Source of the DNA: a virus
Taxonomy: Duplodnaviria > Caudoviricetes
Virus record (IMG/VR): IMGVR_UViG_3300029288_000065
Location: 1 to 64,000 of that record
Direction: 5' to 3' (one strand)
Length of the DNA stretch: 64,000 bases
Of the stretch, positions 1 to 7,800 are shown one piece after another. A model generated the notes under the pieces. That model saw only the letters and a program-made list of their open reading frames with translations. It did no database searches and was not told where the DNA came from. The position numbers were made by a program, and so were the translations under genes. Each line of letters begins with the position of its first letter. Position 1 is the first letter of the stretch.

Positions 1-48
1 CGGCAGACACAAATCTGATGATGTGGGTTCGAATCCCACTGGGAGGCC
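1..48 (+). tRNA. 3' part of a tRNA truncated by the window edge (identity unresolved)
   Basis: T-arm GTGGG-TTCGAAT-CCCAC followed by an acceptor-like strand TGGGAGG. Confidence 0.45.
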
Positions 49-127
49 TGATATTCACGTCTTCTGGCGGGGGCCACCAAAATCCCCTTTGGAAACAAGG
101 AGGATTCTGGAGGCCTCAATGCCGGGG

Positions 128-200
128 ATGCCCATAGCTCAATTGGCAGAGCACCGGCCCTCTAAGCCGGAGGTTGCGGGTTCGAGCCCCGTTGGGATGA
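128..200 (+). tRNA. tRNA-Arg(TCT), degenerate
   Basis: TAGCTCAATTGGCAGAGC D-arm; CCGGC-CCTCTAA-GCCGG anticodon arm (C33); GGTTCGAG T-loop; imperfect acceptor stem, no CCA. Confidence 0.7.
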
Positions 201-242
201 TATTTTTATGGCTGCCACAGGGAGAGAATTGAATCTCTTCTG

Positions 243-315
243 CGTGGGGAAGTCCCTTGGGAAAGACGCCAGGTTGAAAACCTGGAGATGCTGGTTCGAG
301 TCCAGCCCCGGCCAC
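243..315 (+). tRNA. tRNA-Phe(GAA), degenerate acceptor stem
   Basis: CCAGG-TTGAAAA-CCTGG anticodon arm; GCTGG-TTCGAGT-CCAGC T-arm; mismatched acceptor stem. Confidence 0.65.
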
Positions 316-347
316 AATCGACGGCTGGGTCGTCCAATGAGGGCTGT

Positions 348-422
348 AGGGGCATAGTATAATTGGTAGAACATCTCTTTCATACGGAGAAGATCCGAGT
401 TCGATTCTCGGTGCCCCTACCA
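348..422 (+). tRNA. tRNA-Met/Ile2(CAT)
   Basis: AGGGGCA/TGCCCCT acceptor, TCTCT-TTCATAC-GGAGA anticodon arm, TTCGA T-loop, encoded CCA. Confidence 0.88.
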
Positions 423-437
423 AAAGGGTTCTCGTAT

Positions 438-527
438 AGAAGGGCGTCGGAGATTGGCGAGCCGAGCTGATTTGCTAAATCAGTGATCTGAAAGGATCTG
501 AGGGTTCGATTCCCTCCCCTTCTGCCA
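438..527 (+). tRNA. tRNA-Ser(GCT)
   Basis: AGAAGGG/CCCTTCT acceptor, CTGAT-TTGCTAA-ATCAG, long variable arm, GCCA end. Confidence 0.9.
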
Positions 528-564
528 GTTTTGTTCAGCAAAAATAAAACCAGAGGAGAATAAA

Positions 565-939
565 ATGCCAATTTGCTCGCGCTGTCATCAAGAAAAAGCT
601 GAATCAGAATTTAGAATGCGTAGAGAGAAGAATCGAATATCTACTTTCGAATCATATTGTAAAAGATGCATGAGAATTTACGCGACTATACGCACAAATA
701 AACGAAAAATAAAAGCTATTGAATATTTGGGTGGGAAATGTAAAGAATGTGGAATTATAGTTCATCCAGCCATTTTCCAATTTCATCATCGTGACCCAAA
801 TACTAAAGAGGCGTCCTGGAATAGAAAATTAAGATATTATCCATGGGAAAAGATTCGTAGAGAATTGGATAAATGTGACTTATTATGTGGGAATTGTCAT
901 CTTGCTAAAAATATTATTGCAGAATATTGGACTGTTTAA
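565..939 (+). CDS. HNH homing endonuclease
   Basis: CxxC pairs, YLGGKCKECG, FQFHHRDP...K, ELDKCDLLCGNCH; SD GAGGAG. Confidence 0.85.
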   Translation: MPICSRCHQEKAESEFRMRREKNRISTFESYCKRCMRIYATIRTNKRKIKAIEYLGGKCKECGIIVHPAIFQFHHRDPNTKEASWNRKLRYYPWEKIRRELDKCDLLCGNCHLAKNIIAEYWTV

Positions 940-990
940 ACAAGTGGGCTCGCAAGGGTCCTGTGGGTCCGACTCCCACCGCTTCCGCCA
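938..990 (+). pseudogene. orphan 3' half of a tRNA-Ser-like gene
   Basis: variable arm GGGCTC-GCAA-GGGTCC, T-arm GTGGG-TCCGACT-CCCAC, CGCTTCC-GCCA end; no matching 5' half upstream. Confidence 0.65.
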
Positions 991-1014
991 TTTACCATTT
1001 CTCAAGAATAGATA

Positions 1015-1101
1015 GGAGAGTAAACTGATCGGGCGATCAGCACTCGTTGGAAGCGAGTTGGCACTGAAAGGTGTGAGGATCGAGACCTCTACTCTCCGCC
1101 A
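1015..1101 (+). tRNA. non-canonical (8/4) tRNA-Ser(GGA)
   Basis: 8-bp acceptor GGAGAGTA/TACTCTCC, 6-bp D-stem with tetraloop, ACTCG-TTGGAAG-CGAGT, 4-bp T-stem GAGG-ATCGAGA-CCTC, GCCA. Confidence 0.85.
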
Positions 1102-1499
1102 TGAAATTCACCGAAATATTAGCCAGAGAAGTCCAAAAACACCTTGACAATTACTACAGAATATATCCTATATCAGAGATTAAAAATAAAGTCTATTTTA
1201 AAGTACAAATATGGATGGATTCAAAAAGCAAAACAGGTCTACGAAAAAGAGATAATATACGAACACTCTGTTACCTGGAATTAAAAGAACAACAATTATT
1301 GGTATATTATATTGATATTGTAATGGGAGATTATGGACCAGATTTCACAAGCGTCACTCCTGATTTAATCTGGGATCTCGGAAATCCAGAATGGAGTCCA
1401 GAGATTGTTGCTGAATATATTAGGAAGGTTGGTGATATGTTTGTTCCAAAGCGTACTGGTGTTTGTTTGGGTGATTTGTTGAAAGATATTGGAGCATGA
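1101..1499 (+). CDS. hypothetical protein (WDLGNP-motif family)
   Basis: 132-aa ORF between two tRNA-Ser genes; WDLGNPEWSPEIVAEYI motif shared with other small ORFs. Confidence 0.55.
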   Translation: MKFTEILAREVQKHLDNYYRIYPISEIKNKVYFKVQIWMDSKSKTGLRKRDNIRTLCYLELKEQQLLVYYIDIVMGDYGPDFTSVTPDLIWDLGNPEWSPEIVAEYIRKVGDMFVPKRTGVCLGDLLKDIGA

Positions 1500-1577
1500 A
1501 CCGAAAGGGATTTCGGCACTGTTTCGAACACAGTTGGCACTGAAAGGTGTGAGGATCGAGACCTCCATGCTCCGCCA
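1491..1577 (+). tRNA. non-canonical (8/4) tRNA-Ser(CGA)
   Basis: GGAGCATG/CATGCTCC acceptor, CCGAAA-GGGA-TTTCGG D-arm, ACTGT-TTCGAAC-ACAGT, same V/T arms as 1015-1101. Confidence 0.85.
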
Positions 1578-1652
1578 GGGCACGTAGTTTAGTGGTAGAA
1601 CATCTGGATCACAACCAGAAGATTGCAGGTCCGATTCCTGCCGTGCCCACCA
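1578..1652 (+). tRNA. tRNA-Val(CAC)
   Basis: GGGCACG/CGTGCCC acceptor, TCTGG-ATCACAA-CCAGA, ACCA end. Confidence 0.88.
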
Positions 1653-1723
1653 TTCAAAATTAGGTTGGATGAGATAGTAACATGAAAGGGGCGGGTTTAA
1701 TCCCCGCCTCTTACTTGGTTTGA

Positions 1724-1800
1724 CGCGGGTGGCATAGGGCTGGTGCTCTGGTGAGGCCCATAACCTTACAACGGGTGTTCGATTCACCCGCCCGCAACCA
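1724..1800 (+). tRNA. initiator tRNA-fMet(CAT)
   Basis: C1:A72 mismatch (CGCGGGT/GCCCGCA), TGAGG-CCCATAA-CCTTA, TTCGA T-loop, ACCA. Confidence 0.8.
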
Positions 1801-1815
1801 TTTGGAGATCTAAAA

Positions 1816-2007
1816 ATGCCAGCAAAATCAGAAAAACAAGCAACAGCAGCAAGAATAGCACTAGCAGTAAAACAAGGAAAGACCAAGGCCAAGCCAGGTA
1901 GTCCATCTGCAAAAATGGCTAAGAGTATGAGTGAGAAGGAAATCCATCACTTCACTCACGAGAGTAAGCTACCGAGAGTTATGCTTGGTTTTGGATTTAA
2001 GAAATAA
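1816..2007 (+). CDS. small basic protein, DUF3008-like
   Basis: MPAKSEKQ..AA.IAL..K.G...MAKSMSEKE pattern; SD GGAG. Confidence 0.65.
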   Translation: MPAKSEKQATAARIALAVKQGKTKAKPGSPSAKMAKSMSEKEIHHFTHESKLPRVMLGFGFKK

Positions 2008-2494
2008 GTCTTCTTTTTAATTCTGTTTTCCAGACATCTGCATTCGACTTCTTATCAAAAGCCCATATGTAATCCAACATAGTGACAATATCCTTACCAA
2101 CATTTAAAGGATTTAGATTGTGTAATGATATTTCATGATTTAAATCATAGGGGAATGATGGATGTAATATCATTACATCATCTTTGATGTATAATTCCAC
2201 TACAGTATTGTCGAAATCCATTTTCCGGATGTTTGCGAATTTTCCTACGAAAGGATGATATTTTTCACACATTCCTTCTCCGAAAAAGATTCTGTGTATT
2301 GGAGGTTTGAAAGAGTAATGTACTTTATAGACGAAGATCGAATCTGGGCAATTTATAGTACCATATGGTTCGAGAATTCCAATGACCAAATTCTCTTGGT
2401 CTTCATTTATGATGTCCCAATCTGGTATTCGTATGTTACCAATTTTTGGCCAGACACGTTCTATATTCATGCTGAACCAATATCGCCACCACAC
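1997..2494 (-). CDS. hypothetical protein (likely start 2470)
   Basis: ORF overlapping the upstream minus-strand gene. Confidence 0.5.
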   Translation of the reverse strand: MWWRYWFSMNIERVWPKIGNIRIPDWDIINEDQENLVIGILEPYGTINCPDSIFVYKVHYSFKPPIHRIFFGEGMCEKYHPFVGKFANIRKMDFDNTVVELYIKDDVMILHPSFPYDLNHEISLHNLNPLNVGKDIVTMLDYIWAFDKKSNADVWKTELKRRLIS

Positions 2495-2781
2495 TTTGGT
2501 GAGAATTGCAGGAACGTAATCCTATCATCTTTTTTCTCTAAATACCCAGATTGTATCCAACATTCAACTAGAGCATGGGCACCTTCTATTGATTCATTCC
2601 AATGTAATGATTTGATATATGTGTCAGACCATATACTTACATTATGAGCGAAAATAATTTCGGTTACTGGTGAACAGGCTTTTTCAATGAAATAATTATG
2701 TCTTCTGAAATACCACCAACAAAACTCTTCCCAAAGTATTTTCGGGTCAACAGAAGGATCACTGATGTCGATATTTTTCAT
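2467..2781 (-). CDS. hypothetical protein (DPxxDP family)
   Basis: MKNIDISDPSVDPKIL..F..W resembles the ORFs at 25685 and 58765. Confidence 0.6.
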   Translation of the reverse strand: MKNIDISDPSVDPKILWEEFCWWYFRRHNYFIEKACSPVTEIIFAHNVSIWSDTYIKSLHWNESIEGAHALVECWIQSGYLEKKDDRITFLQFSPKCGGDIGSA

Positions 2782-2785
2782 GGGT

Positions 2786-2862
2786 GTCCCCATGGTGTAA
2801 TTGGCGATCACGCCGCACTCTCTATGCGGAGGTTCCGGGTTCAACTCCCGGTGGGGATACCA
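2786..2862 (+). tRNA. tRNA-Glu(CTC)
   Basis: GTCCCCA/TGGGGAT acceptor, CCGCA-CTCTCTA-TGCGG, GGTTCAAC T-loop, ACCA. Confidence 0.85.
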
Positions 2863-3028
2863 CTTTCTCTTCAGGCCATTTTACTTTTCCACCAAGGCTC
2901 TCAATGAAGAGTATATGATCAGCTATGACAAAGCGAATTTTTCTGTGATCACCTGGTACGCCCGCTTTTTTCATGAATGCTTCTGCTTTTTTGACGATGT
3001 GTTCAGGAATCTCTGACGTGTTTGCCAT
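2822..3028 (-). CDS. hypothetical protein
   Basis: SD GGAGG before ATG; 3' end overlaps tRNA-Glu in antisense. Confidence 0.5.
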   Translation of the reverse strand: MANTSEIPEHIVKKAEAFMKKAGVPGDHRKIRFVIADHILFIESLGGKVKWPEEKVVSPPGVEPGTSA

Positions 3029-3097
3029 TTGTTACCTCCATGGATTTAAATACAGGAATAGGTAGGCGCAAAGATAAAGTTGGGAGGAGCGTCTGCC

Positions 3098-3739
3098 ATG
3101 GTAAAATACACAAAAGAAATGTTAGTTGAACATGTAAACAAGGTCACTTCTATGGCTGGTTTAATGAGAAATCTTGGGATTAGTTATATAAGTGGAGGTA
3201 TGCATGCTCATCTGAAAAAGAGAATAAAACAAGAAAATATTGATATTTCCCATTGGTCTGGTTTTGGTTGGAATCGTGGTAAATCAATTCCACGTAAAGG
3301 ATTAAATAAAATCTTAATTAAAAGATCTGGTTCTTATAAGGAACATACTTATATCCTGCTTAGGGCTTTACTCCAATCTGGTATCGAATATAAGTGTTCA
3401 GAATGTGGAATTAAAGAATGGAGAGGAAAGTTTGTTAGATTGCAGATTGAGCATAAGAATGGTGATAACATGGATAACAGAAAGGAAAATTTGGTACTTC
3501 TCTGTCCGAATTGTCATTCACAGACTGTGACCTACGCGGTAATGAAGTCGAAACGCGGGTGTGGCGGAACTGGCAGACGCAACGGACTCAGTTACGGGTC
3601 GCTCACTGAGAAATTAGTGAGTAGTATGCTCCCAAATTCGGTGAACCCTTTACTGGCAACGCCGAGCCAAGCCTCGGAAGAGGAAGGTGTAGAGACTAGA
3701 CGGGAGCCACCTAAGGCGAGAGCTATGGTGAAGGCATAG
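3098..3739 (+). CDS. HNH endonuclease whose ORF runs through tRNA-Leu exon 1 and its intron
   Basis: YKCSECG..LQIEHKNGDNMDNRKENLVLLCPNCHSQT; SD GGAGG; first in-frame stop lies inside the intron. Confidence 0.85.
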   Translation: MVKYTKEMLVEHVNKVTSMAGLMRNLGISYISGGMHAHLKKRIKQENIDISHWSGFGWNRGKSIPRKGLNKILIKRSGSYKEHTYILLRALLQSGIEYKCSECGIKEWRGKFVRLQIEHKNGDNMDNRKENLVLLCPNCHSQTVTYAVMKSKRGCGGTGRRNGLSYGSLTEKLVSSMLPNSVNPLLATPSQASEEEGVETRREPPKARAMVKA

Positions 3740-3836
3740 TCCAGACCACGAACCGAAAGGGCGGCGAAAGCCGAAGTGGTATGTAAAATCCGTTGAGGCC
3801 AAATACCTCATGTGGGTTCGAGTCCCACCACCCGCA
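3555..3836 (+). tRNA. tRNA-Leu(TAA) split by a group I intron (exons 3555-3588 and 3784-3836)
   Basis: GCGGGTG/CACCCGC acceptor, GGCGGAACTGGCAGACGC D-arm; joining exons gives ACGGA-CT|TAAAA-TCCGT; long V arm; TTCGAGT T-loop. Confidence 0.88.
3589..3783 (+). ncRNA. group I self-splicing intron (IC3-like), 195 nt
   Basis: P1 GACU/GGUC with U.G at the splice site; P AAATTCGGTGAA, Q AACGCCGAGCCAA, R GTAGAGACTAGACGG, S AAGGCATAGTCC; terminal G. Confidence 0.88.
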
Positions 3837-3865
3837 TTTTTCTTGGCTCATTTTTGGAGATAGTT

Positions 3866-4009
3866 ATGCTTAGCGATTTGTTTGTTTTCTGGGAAGATTT
3901 AAAGCGAGATCCAGGCGTACAAGAAGCAAAGAGTGGTTGTCTTACGGCAATTATGCTGGCTGTACTTATAGCGGGTTTTGTTCATCTTATTTTGTATTTT
4001 ACAAAATAA
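3866..4009 (+). CDS. small membrane protein
   Basis: SD GGAG; C-terminal hydrophobic helix. Confidence 0.5.
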   Translation: MLSDLFVFWEDLKRDPGVQEAKSGCLTAIMLAVLIAGFVHLILYFTK

Positions 4010-4018
4010 GGAGAAAAC

Positions 4019-4555
4019 ATGGTCATCTTCATGTGTGGTTTCCCATTCTCAGGTAAAACTCATATTCTGGAACTTCTAAAGAAAGAATACCCAGATACAG
4101 ATGTAATCGACCCAAAATCTTATAGGGATGAAGAATATCCAAAGTTGGATGAAGATGGGAAGCGTGAATTTAATATTTCTGCGTGGCAGTGTTCTCTCGA
4201 ATTATTACAGAAGACTATAGAAAATACCAAACCTGATGATTTGATAGCGTATGATACAGCTTGTGCGTCTGATCAGATGCTTGATTATATGGATTTTGCT
4301 AAGAAATATAAGCATAAGGTTTTGGTTGTTTATGTGAATGCGAAGATTGATTTGTGTGAAAAGAGAGCTGGGAAGGAATGGTTGTCCCAAGAAGTTGTCC
4401 AGAAATACAAAACTAATTTCAAAAATAACTTACTGAAATTTAGGAAGATGGCAGATGATTTTGTAATAATAGATAATAATGGAGATCAGGTAACTTTAGA
4501 AAAGGCGGTAGAAAAGATCGATGCCTGTGGAATTCATAAATCCAAATCGTCATGA
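4019..4555 (+). CDS. P-loop kinase (AAA_33/polynucleotide-kinase-like)
   Basis: GFPFSGKT Walker A, IAYDT, lid CEKRA. Confidence 0.75.
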   Translation: MVIFMCGFPFSGKTHILELLKKEYPDTDVIDPKSYRDEEYPKLDEDGKREFNISAWQCSLELLQKTIENTKPDDLIAYDTACASDQMLDYMDFAKKYKHKVLVVYVNAKIDLCEKRAGKEWLSQEVVQKYKTNFKNNLLKFRKMADDFVIIDNNGDQVTLEKAVEKIDACGIHKSKSS

Positions 4556-6374
4556 GGTTCACCTCAGAGGTCCTGATAATACTATTATAACCTTGACAGG
4601 TAATGAAAAACGAGTAATGCCTGATTATTTTCGTAGATATGTTCCGCGTTATTTAAAAGTCTTAAGGGAAAATGTTGTGGCAGCAATCCCAAGACCGCAA
4701 AGTCCACATAGTTATCCAAAGATGGTAATTAAAAGGCCTGCTCCTGTTATAGCTAAGCCACCACAGCATTTCCGGCAGCCTGGTAGAACGCCTGCGGTAA
4801 GACCGCAAAGACCTATGGTTGTTGGGAAAGTTAGTTTATACGCAGCTCAAGCTACTGAATATTACAATAGGTTGGTTGGGAATATTATATATCCAATTTC
4901 AAATGATGTTGGTGTTGGTATATTAAGTTTCAATAGGATTCATTGTTTACATCGCTTAATTCTTTCGATCAGAGCACATACGGATCTTTCGCGAACTACT
5001 GTTTTTATAAGTGATGAATCAACTAATCCAGAAACAAAAGATTATCTGACGAAGATACCAGATATGGTTGTTCTTCCAAATCAACCGAGGCTTGGAATAG
5101 CTGGGAACACGAATAGATTACTTAGATGTTTATCAAGATTTAAGTATAAAATAATTCTAAATGATGATGTTGAAATTTTGCGTCCTGGTTGGGATAGTTT
5201 TTATGCTACTCATATGAAGAATCTTAATGCTCATCATTTCTGTGCAAGGCAAGCTGGTGTTTATGGTGCATCTGATAAGGATGGGAAGATTACTGTTGTA
5301 AATGGTGTGTCGATTCGCACGATTACTGAAAAGCCTCAAGGGGCTGTGATGGCTTTTGATGATCTTGCTTTTTCCAAGGTTGGATATTTTGATGAGTCTT
5401 TTGGTATTTATGGTATGGAGCATGTTGATTGGTCGGATAGAGTTTCAAAGAGTGGCATACAAGGGCCTGGTTTTCATGATATTGTTGGTTCTGGTTTATA
5501 TTTCAAAATTTATGCTGAGGATTCGTCTACTGAGGATCGTTCTCAACATTTATCTCAAGCTAGAAAGACGTTTGAGGAGTTAAAAACAAAATCAAATAGA
5601 TTGTATGTGTCTACTTCTGATAAGACACAGGTTCCAAGTGTGTCATATATTATACCTTACCGTGGTAGTGATCGGACTGATTGTATAAAGACTGTTATAC
5701 AGAATATTAAAGCTCAGAGATATCCGGAGGTTGATATTGTTTGTGCGGAGCAAGATGATGTTGAAAAAGTTGTTCTTCCTGAGATGAGTACTGTTACGCA
5801 TGTTCTTGCCAAGTCTTTAAAACCTGGTGATCCTTTTACAAAGTCGGTTGCATTTAATCTTGGTGTTAAAACGGTAAAGTATGATAAGATTTTCCTCCAT
5901 GATGCAGATATGCTTATTCCTGCACATTACACAGCGAAAGCTGTGGATATTCTAGCTACGAGTCCAGGACTTCATATTGGACATAATGTTCTTTATTTAA
6001 GTCAAGCATCGACAACTGGAATTTGTTCTACACAAAAGGTGGTCCCTGGTTTCAAGGTTGATAGAACTGTTGGGTATTTTGAAGGTGGGACGTTGGCTTG
6101 TACACGCGATACTTACCTCCGGATTGGTGGTTTTAATGAGGAATTTGTGGGATATGGTTGCGAGGATTGTGAGTTCTTCTTTCGGTTGGCCAAAGTTCCT
6201 AATTTCTGTAATCAGAGAACAGAGGATCTTATTCATTTATGGCATGGTCGTACTCCTGGTTGGATGGAATTTCACAAGAGAAATAAGGAAATTGAGAAAC
6301 GTTGTTATGCTGCGAACCAGGAAATGTATATGACATTTCTTAGAAAAGTTTTACATGACAAGTATGGGATTTAA
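4521..6374 (+). CDS. two-domain family 2 glycosyltransferase
   Basis: ILNDDV, GYFDESFGIYGMEHVDW; second domain IIPYR, FLHDAD, GGFNEEFVGYGCEDCEF, HLWH. Confidence 0.85.
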   Translation: MPVEFINPNRHEVHLRGPDNTIITLTGNEKRVMPDYFRRYVPRYLKVLRENVVAAIPRPQSPHSYPKMVIKRPAPVIAKPPQHFRQPGRTPAVRPQRPMVVGKVSLYAAQATEYYNRLVGNIIYPISNDVGVGILSFNRIHCLHRLILSIRAHTDLSRTTVFISDESTNPETKDYLTKIPDMVVLPNQPRLGIAGNTNRLLRCLSRFKYKIILNDDVEILRPGWDSFYATHMKNLNAHHFCARQAGVYGASDKDGKITVVNGVSIRTITEKPQGAVMAFDDLAFSKVGYFDESFGIYGMEHVDWSDRVSKSGIQGPGFHDIVGSGLYFKIYAEDSSTEDRSQHLSQARKTFEELKTKSNRLYVSTSDKTQVPSVSYIIPYRGSDRTDCIKTVIQNIKAQRYPEVDIVCAEQDDVEKVVLPEMSTVTHVLAKSLKPGDPFTKSVAFNLGVKTVKYDKIFLHDADMLIPAHYTAKAVDILATSPGLHIGHNVLYLSQASTTGICSTQKVVPGFKVDRTVGYFEGGTLACTRDTYLRIGGFNEEFVGYGCEDCEFFFRLAKVPNFCNQRTEDLIHLWHGRTPGWMEFHKRNKEIEKRCYAANQEMYMTFLRKVLHDKYGI

Positions 6375-6402
6375 GTCGGGTTGTTTCTTGATATTCTAAA
6401 AT

Positions 6403-6753
6403 ATGTCCGAGGAAGAGTTATTGACTGGTTTGGCTATTTCCATTAGAAATTCTGGGAGAGTTAATGCTACATTTGTTATTCGGGATTTCATTTACATGGG
6501 TCGTAGTTTTCCTGCGATTTTTGTTAGTGTTAATAATGATAATTTTTTCGATTGTGTTATGATCCTTTTAAATAACCATCTGTGCGTTAGTGCTGCTCAT
6601 GTAATAGAGATGGGTATGGATTTGTATGTGTGGCATGGTATTCTTCCTGGTTTTTCGTTTGAGTTGTGTAATCCAGATTCATTTGATATTGATGAAATTA
6701 TATATGTTGTTAATAGATGTCTTGGTATGAAGAAGAGGTTTATTAGAGACTGA
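6403..6753 (+). CDS. hypothetical protein (FELCNP-motif family)
   Basis: FELCNPDSFDIDEII motif. Confidence 0.55.
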   Translation: MSEEELLTGLAISIRNSGRVNATFVIRDFIYMGRSFPAIFVSVNNDNFFDCVMILLNNHLCVSAAHVIEMGMDLYVWHGILPGFSFELCNPDSFDIDEIIYVVNRCLGMKKRFIRD

Positions 6754-7093
6754 GTTCTTGCTCGACTCGTGTTTTAGTTTCGATTGCAGCATGCTTTGCC
6801 AATTTGGCTACTACATAACTGTTCCCACGTGTTAGGAGAATTGGAGTTTTTGATCCTTTGTGTAAGAAATCAAGTGTGAATACGCTTATGCCGTTTTTCT
6901 CCAATAATTGAGATAGATCTTTCTGGAATTCCTCTAACCATTTGTTCATTCGCTCTTGTGCGAGTTTTGCGTCTTCTTCTCCTTGGAATGTTTCTGGATC
7001 GATATCCCATGGAGGCAAATTCTTTAACTGGGACTCTTTTTTGGTTGTTTGTTCTGTGTTTGTTTCTGGTTTTGGTTCGGATTTCTTTGCCAT
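6743..7093 (-). CDS. hypothetical protein
   Basis: SD GGAG; protein-like composition. Confidence 0.6.
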   Translation of the reverse strand: MAKKSEPKPETNTEQTTKKESQLKNLPPWDIDPETFQGEEDAKLAQERMNKWLEEFQKDLSQLLEKNGISVFTLDFLHKGSKTPILLTRGNSYVVAKLAKHAAIETKTRVEQELSL

Positions 7094-7147
7094 GATCATT
7101 CTCCGGTATTTTATTTCACGGTCACGTTCTTATTTACGGAGAACAAC

Positions 7148-7792
7148 ATGGTAATTGATAGAGATGTTAGAATTAATCATGTGTATAATATTCTTCGTGG
7201 AAAGATGAAGGGCTATGGGAGGAATGTTTCTCTTCCACAGAATACTGATCCGAAGAAGACATATAGTTGGAGATACCTTTCGAGGTTTGTAGAACGTTTG
7301 GAATGTGAAGGCATCACGGACGAGTATGTTCCTGCGGTCGTGGATGCCCTTCTTCTTTACGCGAAACGTCACAAGTTACTTGATAGGGGGTTTGCGGTTT
7401 TAAATAAAGTGGACATAGCTTCCTTGCTTGAGAAAAGGCTAACGAAAGATGAGGATATAAAGAGGATACGGGAAGAAAGTATTCTTTCTTCTCATGATTT
7501 CCTTTTGAAGAAACATCGTGATTCAAGCAGAAGCTTACTTGAACTTCTTATAACTAGAAAACACAGAGATGCTTATACCAACATGACTTGTTGGTTCGAA
7601 CAGGGCTTTTTGAGGTTGGAGTATATCGCGATTTCGAAAACTTGTAGAAGAGCATTGTGTCAAATGAAAATTAATGAGCGGATTCTTTTCCCAGGGACGG
7701 TTGATTTAATGAAAATGCGACTTTCAATTTTGTCGGAAAAAGACCTAACTCAGAAGCTCACAGACACCTTGAAGACAGACTTGATGCGATAG
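7148..7792 (+). CDS. hypothetical protein
   Basis: SD GGAG before ATG 7148; directly upstream of nrdJ. Confidence 0.65.
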   Translation: MVIDRDVRINHVYNILRGKMKGYGRNVSLPQNTDPKKTYSWRYLSRFVERLECEGITDEYVPAVVDALLLYAKRHKLLDRGFAVLNKVDIASLLEKRLTKDEDIKRIREESILSSHDFLLKKHRDSSRSLLELLITRKHRDAYTNMTCWFEQGFLRLEYIAISKTCRRALCQMKINERILFPGTVDLMKMRLSILSEKDLTQKLTDTLKTDLMR

Positions 7793-7800
7793 GAGAGAGA

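Noticed and set aside
128-200. Amber suppressor tRNA (CTA within CCTCTAA) and stop-codon reassignment
   Set aside because: The stem register places TCT at 34-36. Long core genes are intact in code 11 and several end in TAG (tape measure, protease), so there is no evidence of recoding.
1015-1577. tRNA-Sec / selenocysteine system
   Set aside because: The anticodons are GGA and CGA, not TCA. No selA/selB/selD genes or TGA-interrupted genes were seen.
1665-1715. Additional tRNA around GCGGG-TTTAATC-CCCGC
   Set aside because: Only a T-arm-like hairpin; no recognisable D, anticodon or acceptor arms.
23-1892. ORFs 23-232, 139-423, 162-383, 380-571, 1331-1540, 1365-1892
   Set aside because: They overlap tRNA genes and are by-products of GC-rich tRNA sequence.
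4019-4555. Seryl-tRNA kinase (PSTK) acting on the 8/4 tRNAs
   Set aside because: Only generic P-loop kinase motifs are visible; specificity cannot be assigned by eye.
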